Shown: positions 56,740 to 64,000 of the stretch, one piece after another
Position numbering within the stretch: the first letter of the stretch is position 1
Layout: each line of letters opens with the position of its first letter
From: Methanobacteriota archaeon
GTDB lineage: Archaea; Thermoplasmatota; Thermoplasmata; SG8-5; JAGLSY01
Length of the DNA: 64,000 nt
Direction of reading: 5' to 3'
Assembly: GCA_020697715.1 (NCBI GenBank)
Contig: JAEHCO010000001.1
Span: 416,001 to 480,000 of the forward strand
The notes under the pieces: model-generated
Told to the model about the DNA's origin: nothing
The model's database searches: none
Seen by the model: only the letters and a program-made list of their open reading frames with translations
Made by a program: the position numbers and the translations under genes

Positions 56740-56921
56740 TTTTTGCTGATAGGGTCGAACATCATTCGCACGATGCCGTCCTCATATCACACCAGGGCAA
56801 TCAGTGAAGCCCTACATTAACTTTACTGAATAATCACCAAGCTTGAATAGCTCATCACCTAAGCTTTATCAGAAGGCATTCAACAAAAACACTTTTAATA
56901 TCGCGTCCATTACGCTCTGTT

Positions 56922-57632
56922 ATGCAGGAAGCACCTGAGGTATCTGTCGTCATACCCACGATGAACGAGGAAGAATCCATTGGTGAGGTAATGGACGCTG
57001 TCAACCAAGCCCTTGAAGGTATGGCATTCGAGGTAATGATAGTGGATACCAATTCCAAGGACCGGACAAGAGAGATAGCCGTATCCAAGGGAGCCAGAGT
57101 GATCGACGAGCCCAGGCGGGGCTATGGCCGGGCTTATAAATCAGGATTCAAGCAGGCCAAAGGCATTTTCATAGCCACACTGGATGCGGATTGTACGTAT
57201 CCAGCAGGTGATATTCCCAAATTCATCAGCATACTCAAGGAACAGAACCTTGACTTCATATCCGGTGATAGATTGACCAACCTGAATAAGGAAGCCATGA
57301 ATGCCAAGCACCGACTGGGAAATAAGCTATTGAACATAGGGGCGCGAGTGTGCTTCAGCTTCAGGACCGCGGACTCACAGACTGGTATGTGGGTGTTCAG
57401 AAGAGAGATATTATCCAAGCTCAATATGACAAGTGATCAGATGGCCTTTTCAGAGGAGATCAAGGTGGAGGCGAATGAGAAGGTCAGATATCTGGAAGTT
57501 CCGATCGTATACAGTCCGCGTAAAGGCGAGGTCAAACTGAATACCTGGAAGGATGGATTCAATAATCTCATGTTCTTCCCCAGTAAGAGATGGGGAAAGG
57601 TCAGCAAGCTCAAGGGTGAGAAGCTGGCTTGA
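56922..57632 (+). CDS. Glycosyltransferase family 2 (Dol-P glycosyltransferase-like)
   Basis: SVVIPTMNEE, SKDRT, GYGRA, LDADCTY, DSQTG and Y.PR.GE.KL. Confidence 0.9.
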   Translation: MQEAPEVSVVIPTMNEEESIGEVMDAVNQALEGMAFEVMIVDTNSKDRTREIAVSKGARVIDEPRRGYGRAYKSGFKQAKGIFIATLDADCTYPAGDIPKFISILKEQNLDFISGDRLTNLNKEAMNAKHRLGNKLLNIGARVCFSFRTADSQTGMWVFRREILSKLNMTSDQMAFSEEIKVEANEKVRYLEVPIVYSPRKGEVKLNTWKDGFNNLMFFPSKRWGKVSKLKGEKLA

Positions 57633-57653
57633 TCATAATTTTCATTTAATAGA

Positions 57654-58442
57654 TCAGGCGAGCCAGAAAGTGAATGGAATAAGCACTGCCAACAATCCAA
57701 ATAGTATGCAGAACTTTGAGAAATCCACTCGTTTAGCGACTGCCATCAATAGATCCATTGTGAAGAAGCCGAATATGAAGGCAAAGAACCCTGCCACCAA
57801 ATATGGTGTGATACCGACGGATGCCAAGTCCCCGAATACGATGAAATACAATGCTGCGAAAATAGATACTGGCACAGATAGAAGGAAAGAGAATTTCATG
57901 CTGGCTACTTTATCATAATCTCTCATTAACAAGGTTGCCACGGTCATTCCCGATCTGCTGATCCCTGGCAAAACAGAAAGACCTTGAGCGACTCCCAATA
58001 CGATATAATCCTTGTAATTTGCCTTTGAGAGTTTCTTAGGCTTGATCTTATATTCCGCCCTTATTATGAATCCAGTGAGTATGAGTGCCATTCCGATGAA
58101 GACGGTGATAGTGTCTCCAGTCCATAGATTGCTCTCAAAGGTCTCTTCAAGAAGAAGAAGTAATGGGAGAGCGGAGATTATCGAGATGAGTGTGACCGCC
58201 CAGTAGAATAGAGGGATCTTTCCAGAGGTGGGATCCACCATTTGTAATAGGTCCCTGGGATATTTCATGACCACGGAAAAAGCCGTACCGAGATGAATAG
58301 CCAGTCCAAGAGATATGGCCAATCTAGGATCCAGACCAAAGCCATTTATCAGTATTATCGACGATTGCCCCGAGCTGGAGATGGGGAGCCATTCAGTCAC
58401 TCCCTGCATTATTCCAAGTACTATCGCGGTCCACCAATCCAT
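57654..58442 (-). CDS. uppP: Undecaprenyl-diphosphate phosphatase (BacA family)
   Basis: QGVTEWLPISSSG, HLGT, PGISRSG.T and FSFLLS.P. Confidence 0.9.
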   Translation of the reverse strand: MDWWTAIVLGIMQGVTEWLPISSSGQSSIILINGFGLDPRLAISLGLAIHLGTAFSVVMKYPRDLLQMVDPTSGKIPLFYWAVTLISIISALPLLLLLEETFESNLWTGDTITVFIGMALILTGFIIRAEYKIKPKKLSKANYKDYIVLGVAQGLSVLPGISRSGMTVATLLMRDYDKVASMKFSFLLSVPVSIFAALYFIVFGDLASVGITPYLVAGFFAFIFGFFTMDLLMAVAKRVDFSKFCILFGLLAVLIPFTFWLA

Positions 58443-58510
58443 GTTTTGGATATTGTATTAATGGATATAATATTAATTGATGTGCTGAGGTCGATTATGG
58501 GTTCAATAGT

Positions 58511-58759
58511 AATTACTGCGTGCTCTTCGTAATATTAACTCCTTCAACAACGACATGTGGTGTTTTCACTAGCAATCCAACTTTTCCCACCCCACTTTTT
58601 TCTTTAACCTCGCTGTGCTGGCCGGGCTCCAAAGAAAAAAGACGGACAAATAAAGAAACTCGCCCGTCTCTGCTCGCTCGGAATTACTGCGTGCTCTTCG
58701 TAATATTAACTCCTTCAACAACGACATGTGGCGTCTTCACCAGTAACCCAACTTCCCAC
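58511..58759 (-). repeat. Direct duplication of the last ~78 nt of pmbA, separated by a 91-nt palindromic insert
   Basis: 58511-58560 is identical to 58682-58731. The next ~30 nt differ by 5 substitutions and a 2-nt indel. The insert contains CTTTTTTCTTT...AAAGAAAAAAG and AGACGG/CCGTCT stems. Confidence 0.92.
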
Positions 58760-60006
58760 CAACGTATCTGCTCCGGGTCATTCCCAATATGTTTAATTCG
58801 ATTCAACATATCGGGCATATTCTCCGATATCCGAATGTCCTTGACCGCGCCAGTGATCTTCCCATCCTTGATCTCGAAGACCGCGTCCCTGGGGATGGTG
58901 GAGAAATCCCCAGTTTGATAATTCTGGAATCTCGTGTACCACAAGTTCGTGATGTATAGACCATCTTTGATATCCGCTATCATATCATCTTTAGACATGC
59001 TTCCGGGCGTGATAGCGCAGTTCCACGCTCTCGGGAATACCAAACCCGCATTCCCGGTAGATACGGCGTCATTTAGCTTCGCCGTGCTTGTATTGTGCAG
59101 ATAGGTCTTCAATACCCCATTCTCGATTATCACATTCTTCTGGGTCGGTACCCCTTCACCATCGAAAGGAGGGGATACGACCATCTTCGGATCCGTGCCA
59201 TCATCTATCATTGTGAGGAATTCCGGCCCCACTTTCTCACCGATCTTATCCTTGAAGAAGGACATTCCCGCATCCACGCTTCCAGCAGAAGCCGAGCCTG
59301 CAGCTCTTTCCAGGAAATTTGCAAAGGCCAGTGGGGTGAAGAGAACGTCCACCTTCCCTGTTTTTCCCAGGGAAGGGTTCAATGCTTCCTTCGCCATCAT
59401 GCCAGCTTCCATGCCAATTCTTATGGGATCAAGTTCATCCATATTGCTGACTGATTGTACCATGTGCCCGCTGGCTTCCTTGGACGCGAATGCTCTGAGA
59501 GATATGTCCATGTCGGATCCCGTTTGGCTGCCGATAACATCGCCACTGGTGGCCAGATGCACGGTCCCGCTGGATGAATACAAAACTCCGGCGACCCTAT
59601 TGGCCCCATTCCTCATGGCCGAGTCAATGGCCTGGCCAGTAAGTTCAACAAGCTCCCCCTCCAGATCGGAGATCCTCTTATCATGACCCTCATTTCTATA
59701 ATTGAAGGGGCCATCCGCGATCCCCTGGTAATTCTCGCTCTCTGCCATCATCTTGATGAATGCCAGCATATCGTTAATTGTCTTGTCCAGTGTGTGGAGG
59801 TCATTCACACTGGTGTACATGATCTTCCTGTCTTTGGCCAGGAAGATGTCCACCCCGGTGGATTCCCAGGTCTTGGTTATGGCAACCTCGCTATTGGTGA
59901 ACTTCACTTGTTTTCGCTCACCTTCATGAGCTGAACACACAATGTCATCCGCTCCCTTCTTCCTCGCCTGGTCCACCACGTATCCGGGTATATCTGAAAT
60001 ATCCAT
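58684..60006 (-). CDS. pmbA: TldE/PmbA family protein
   Basis: PFDGEGVP, IENGVLKTYLH, STGNA and GDFS, with no HExxH motif. Follows tldD. Confidence 0.9.
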   Translation of the reverse strand: MDISDIPGYVVDQARKKGADDIVCSAHEGERKQVKFTNSEVAITKTWESTGVDIFLAKDRKIMYTSVNDLHTLDKTINDMLAFIKMMAESENYQGIADGPFNYRNEGHDKRISDLEGELVELTGQAIDSAMRNGANRVAGVLYSSSGTVHLATSGDVIGSQTGSDMDISLRAFASKEASGHMVQSVSNMDELDPIRIGMEAGMMAKEALNPSLGKTGKVDVLFTPLAFANFLERAAGSASAGSVDAGMSFFKDKIGEKVGPEFLTMIDDGTDPKMVVSPPFDGEGVPTQKNVIIENGVLKTYLHNTSTAKLNDAVSTGNAGLVFPRAWNCAITPGSMSKDDMIADIKDGLYITNLWYTRFQNYQTGDFSTIPRDAVFEIKDGKITGAVKDIRISENMPDMLNRIKHIGNDPEQIRWWEVGLLVKTPHVVVEGVNITKSTQ

Positions 60007-61422
60007 TTATTCACCCCCCAGCTTGATATTCCTCAGCCTGATATGAGGGCCTCCGGTGAACACAGCAATGCCCTGTCCAGGCTCTCCCTTTCCGCAAGTG
60101 GCGGCAGTGAAACCCACTTCTTTTCCAACAGCATCTATCGCGCTCCAGAAGGCTGGTGTGGTCATTTCCAGAATTGGAGCTTTGACCGGCGCTCCGATCC
60201 TGCCATTCTCGATAAGATAAGCCTCTCTGCCGATGTAACGTTGATTGTAACGCTTGTCATCGATATTCCACTCCATGAAGGAGTTCATCAGAACACCCAG
60301 CTTAACATCCTCCACCAATTCTTCTAAAGAATATTCGCCAGGTTTCACATAGGTATTCGCCATCCTGACTATGGCCTCTCGATCGTAATTCTTGGATCGA
60401 GAAGAACCATTGCTCTCCACTCCCATCCTGGCCGCGCTTTCCCTATTGTGGAGGAAATCGTTTATTTTACCATCTTTGATCAATTCTCTGGGTCTGGCCT
60501 CAATGCCTTCATCATCATATAGATAGAACCCGTAGGAATTCTCCAGTGTGGGATCATCTATCACGGTCGCCACTTCACTCCCTATCTGCTGCCCCATCAT
60601 GTCCTCGGATACGAAGGATTCACCGGCCTGGGCGGCTTCTCTTCCCAGTATTCGATCACCCTCATACGGATGCCCACAGCTTTCATGTGCGGCGATGCCA
60701 GTGACTTCCGGCCCCAGCACCATGTCCACCAATTCCTTCGGAGCCTTGATGCCTTCCTTCATGTTCTTGTGTGTCATCTTGATCTCATTGCCCAGAAAGT
60801 GTGATAACTTATCGATATCCATGAACTCCCAGCCACTTGCCGCTCCCAGTTGAAGCATCGCCTGTGCGGTGCGTCCGTCCTCAAGGATGGTTCCCAGCAT
60901 GAACAGATGTAATCTCGGGATACTGGAGGCTATTTTCGACCCCTCGGAATTGCAGAAATATTTCTCCCTATGTTCGATGCCCAGGCTGAAATAACTACCC
61001 ACGAGATTTTCAGATGGCAGGGCCTTCTCTATTTCAGATAAAGCCCTGAGTACATCCTCTGGACCGATATTCGAAATGTTCTTTTTCTGGAAAACACTGT
61101 AATCCTTGATATTGGCCTTTCCCTCGGCGAACTCCAGTGGATTCTTCATGATCCTGGAAGACGCCCTGGCAGTTCTGACACTCCTCTCACATGCGGCCAG
61201 TACGGAATCCCTGTCCAGTCTATTGGTGGATGCGAAGGCCAATGCCCCATTCACCTTCACCCTGATACCGATGCCCGCATCCCGCTCGAATCCAGAGACC
61301 TCGGGGTTGCCATTTTTCAGGAGAGAATCCTGCCCTGAAACGAATTCCATACGTGCCTCTGCGTATTCCGCACCCAGTTCCCGCGCCTTGCTCACTGCTA
61401 TCTCTGCTAGATCTCTATCCAT
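60007..61422 (-). CDS. tldD: TldD family metalloprotease
   Basis: HESCGHPYEGD, YDDEG, RMANTY and CGKGEPGQ. GGAGG precedes MDRDL. Confidence 0.93.
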   Translation of the reverse strand: MDRDLAEIAVSKARELGAEYAEARMEFVSGQDSLLKNGNPEVSGFERDAGIGIRVKVNGALAFASTNRLDRDSVLAACERSVRTARASSRIMKNPLEFAEGKANIKDYSVFQKKNISNIGPEDVLRALSEIEKALPSENLVGSYFSLGIEHREKYFCNSEGSKIASSIPRLHLFMLGTILEDGRTAQAMLQLGAASGWEFMDIDKLSHFLGNEIKMTHKNMKEGIKAPKELVDMVLGPEVTGIAAHESCGHPYEGDRILGREAAQAGESFVSEDMMGQQIGSEVATVIDDPTLENSYGFYLYDDEGIEARPRELIKDGKINDFLHNRESAARMGVESNGSSRSKNYDREAIVRMANTYVKPGEYSLEELVEDVKLGVLMNSFMEWNIDDKRYNQRYIGREAYLIENGRIGAPVKAPILEMTTPAFWSAIDAVGKEVGFTAATCGKGEPGQGIAVFTGGPHIRLRNIKLGGE

Positions 61423-61478
61423 ATCCGATTCCTCCATTTCATTCCGGAATCTTGAAAGCAATCACTATGATCTCGCTT

Positions 61479-62729
61479 TCAAATTTCCTCCTTATATTCG
61501 TCTGTCAATGTCATCTGCCCATCAAATCTTTTCTTCTTGGCCTTCTTTTCGAGGCCTTTCGCTTGTGAGGGAAGCAGAACTTTCCCATATTCGCCCCCTC
61601 CACCGGGAACGATCACGATCTGCCCGCTCCTGAAAGCGTGGATACCACTGGCCACATCATCCCCCACCAGGCCTCGAATATTCTTAATATCAGCTTCAAG
61701 CAAGACCTGGACCTCGTTTCCAAATTCAGTGATAAGCTTCTCCCACACACCCAGCCCTTTTTTGGAATAGGGCGAGGAGATCCCCATCACTTGGTTAATG
61801 ATCTCACCCAGTGGGACTATATGTACGTACTCTGGACGGTGGTCTGGCCTTTTGACAATACCATCGTCGCTAAGCTCCTTCGCCCTATCACGAACACCCT
61901 TCTTAATGGGAGCCAGACAGGAGCATTTCCACCTCCTGGCCAGCGCCTCTTCCAGGGTGTAATGCTCGAAGCATCTGGGGCAAGCGGTCTCATTGTATTT
62001 CCCTTCTTGGGGTGGTAATCCCACATTACGAACGAAGCGCCTTCCCTTTTCTCGTTTTATGGCCATCATCAGCTCATCGAAAGTGATGTCCTTCGCGCGT
62101 ATGGTGTTGAATTCCCTGGCCAGCCTGATCGCATAGGGCGAATGGGCATCGGAATTCGTGAGGAAAGTGATGTCCTGCAATTCTCGAATGAGGTCTCCAT
62201 AATCGCTGTCCGCGCTTAATCCCAGTTCCAGGAACTTGACATCACCAGCTCTGGAGCCATAACATTCTTTCAGGGAACCATAGTGCGCGTACATCCCGGT
62301 CCATGGAGTGAAGGCGTGGGCGGGTCCGATGAAAGCCTCCACATCCTTCGCTAGCTCGGCCAGTTCCTCACCGTTCATGCTCAGATATGGACGTCCATCC
62401 GCCTCAAGGCTTTTGGAATATTTGCCAACCTCTTCCTTGAAGCCTTCGACCGATGATAATGATGGGAAGAAAAGTAGATGATGCACTCGTTTGGCTGCCT
62501 GAACTTCCGTGCTCAGAATGAATCGAGTACCTTCCATTTCAAAAGTACCTTCATCGATCCTTTCAGCCTCTTTCACCTCTGCCAGCCACTTGGAATGAAG
62601 ACAATCGCCACTGGCAAGGAGATCGATCCCCTTCTTACCAGATTCCTTTGCCAATGTCTTGATCCTCATATTGGAACTGGTGGCTCTTGAATAAAGTCCA
62701 TGGATGTGAAGATCAGCATTGAATTCCAT
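61479..62729 (-). CDS. PHP-domain endonuclease Q-like protein (TIGR00375-type)
   Basis: ADLHIH..YSRATS, VHHL, DGRP, PAHAFTPW, ELGLSAD, NSDAHS, GKY...C..C, KKGV.DR and PGGGGEYG. Confidence 0.9.
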   Translation of the reverse strand: MEFNADLHIHGLYSRATSSNMRIKTLAKESGKKGIDLLASGDCLHSKWLAEVKEAERIDEGTFEMEGTRFILSTEVQAAKRVHHLLFFPSLSSVEGFKEEVGKYSKSLEADGRPYLSMNGEELAELAKDVEAFIGPAHAFTPWTGMYAHYGSLKECYGSRAGDVKFLELGLSADSDYGDLIRELQDITFLTNSDAHSPYAIRLAREFNTIRAKDITFDELMMAIKREKGRRFVRNVGLPPQEGKYNETACPRCFEHYTLEEALARRWKCSCLAPIKKGVRDRAKELSDDGIVKRPDHRPEYVHIVPLGEIINQVMGISSPYSKKGLGVWEKLITEFGNEVQVLLEADIKNIRGLVGDDVASGIHAFRSGQIVIVPGGGGEYGKVLLPSQAKGLEKKAKKKRFDGQMTLTDEYKEEI

Positions 62730-62751
62730 TGGCTCGACAATGACATCTTAT

Positions 62752-64000
62752 CTAAATATCTTTATGGATGTCGCTCAGTATCTGGGAATTCTCCTTCGGC
62801 AATTCTTCGATCCCTTCGATATCCATTTTCTCATCCAAGTGACTGCCTTGTGTGGTGTCTGGTGCTGTATCGGACACAGTATTCGATACAGTTTCTGTTG
62901 GCATGGCAAGTTCTCCTTCATCAATTCCTTCCTGGAACACTTCCATTTCTTCCGTCTCTTCATCACCTTTCTTATTTCTGATAAATACATAGGCGATCAG
63001 CAGGAATCCGATCGCATTGAATATCAATACCGTGTACAAGACTGGCAGTATGAACCAGGGCTCGCTTTCTATCTCGATGCTGACTTTGTTGACAGACTCC
63101 AGAACATCTATAGTGATAGTTTCCGAATACACTCCAAGGTCACATCTCAGTGTGATATTATGTCCATCTGTGTCCCATGGTGATATCAGGGTCAATTCGA
63201 ACCTTCCATCAGCATCCGTCATGGTGTAAGTCAGGGTTTGATTCTCGCGACCTATGACAGACACCTTCACCTGTTTCATCTCCTTGCCAGTATTGGATAG
63301 GACCTGCCCTTCTATCGTGTATCCCATCTCGGAGTTCAGCCCTTCATTTTGATATGAATGGTTCAATAGCGTTCTGTCACTGTCCCAGCAATAAAATTCA
63401 GCAGTGTATTTTCCAGTCTGGGGTGGGATCCAGGAAAGCCAATCCTCATCTTCAGGAACAGTATCGGCGAATGAATGTTGAAACACTCCTTCATCGTCAT
63501 ACACATCAATTCTGTAATTGGAATAATCTCCTCCAAATACCTTGAACTGGATGACGTCGTTCAGATGATCCGCATCCGTATCCACGCTATCTACATCTAT
63601 CATAAGATCGATCTCTTCTCGGCCTTCCAAATTCCATTTCTCACTGGCAATATCAAGAAATTCATCCCATGCCGTATCTTCTGCAATATCCAGTTGTTTA
63701 TAGTCCAACCACGAGCTGGTCTTCGGGAACCAGATGGACATCCCATTCGCATTGTCAGCGGGCTCGTCCTCATCATTCGGCCTTGTCCAGTGCCTTTCAT
63801 ACACAACGGCTCCCTCTATCGCTTGCTTTAATTTTTCACCGCTTTCCTTTATCTGCGATGAAACAGACACATTGCCCATCATCTGGGTAAAGTGCACCAG
63901 ATCGTATTGATTGGCTCCATCATACTCTTCAGTGATGTATCGAGCTGCTGATATCTCTGGATGGAAAAAACCTACACTGGACCCAAGCTCATTGGCATAG
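62752..64000 (-). CDS. Membrane-anchored clostripain (C11)-like peptidase, C-terminal part; runs off window end
   Basis: The frame stays open to the window edge (…ISAARYITEEYDGANQYDLVHF…). ANGMSIWFP and WDEFL resemble the C11 C-terminus, followed by a carboxypeptidase-regulatory-like beta domain, a TM and an acidic tail. Confidence 0.6.
   Translation of the reverse strand, partial: YANELGSSVGFFHPEISAARYITEEYDGANQYDLVHFTQMMGNVSVSSQIKESGEKLKQAIEGAVVYERHWTRPNDEDEPADNANGMSIWFPKTSSWLDYKQLDIAEDTAWDEFLDIASEKWNLEGREEIDLMIDVDSVDTDADHLNDVIQFKVFGGDYSNYRIDVYDDEGVFQHSFADTVPEDEDWLSWIPPQTGKYTAEFYCWDSDRTLLNHSYQNEGLNSEMGYTIEGQVLSNTGKEMKQVKVSVIGRENQTLTYTMTDADGRFELTLISPWDTDGHNITLRCDLGVYSETITIDVLESVNKVSIEIESEPWFILPVLYTVLIFNAIGFLLIAYVFIRNKKGDEETEEMEVFQEGIDEGELAMPTETVSNTVSDTAPDTTQGSHLDEKMDIEGIEELPKENSQILSDIHKDI

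Noticed and set aside
58520-58918. 132-aa + strand ORF with an internal repeat
   Set aside because: It is the antisense shadow of the pmbA 3' duplication.

Overview
Archaeal chromosomal DNA, most likely an uncultured Thermoplasmata member. This is inferred from the rpl44e-rps27e-eIF2alpha-nop10-PAC2 cluster, archaeal pantoate kinase, DUF3198/DUF6015-like ORFs and strong GGAGG Shine-Dalgarno motifs. The window is mostly housekeeping: a cdc6 gene with adjacent ORB-type origin motifs, gcvT, gdhA, coaBC, nadA, trpS, trxAB, tldD/pmbA and three tRNAs (Gly-GCC, intron-containing Tyr-GTA, Phe-GAA). No transposase, integrase or CRISPR array was seen. The main candidates for something new are: (1) an 8-gene operon (43755-51606) built round a single-domain KaiC-like ATPase, with a roadblock-like protein, three V4R-like proteins, a 919-aa Zn-finger/coiled-coil/double winged-helix protein and a GNAT; (2) a 5-unit array of covarying double hairpins, each followed by TGAGGAGAGG (30429-30775), next to an orphan ORF with repeated TGTCTGACA sites; (3) degenerate 'shadow' copies of tRNA halves with hairpins inserted in the D- or T-loop, flanking tRNA-Tyr and tRNA-Gly; and (4) a pmbA 3'-end duplication whose five substitutions are all synonymous. 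All family assignments come from motif recognition by eye; no database searches were run.
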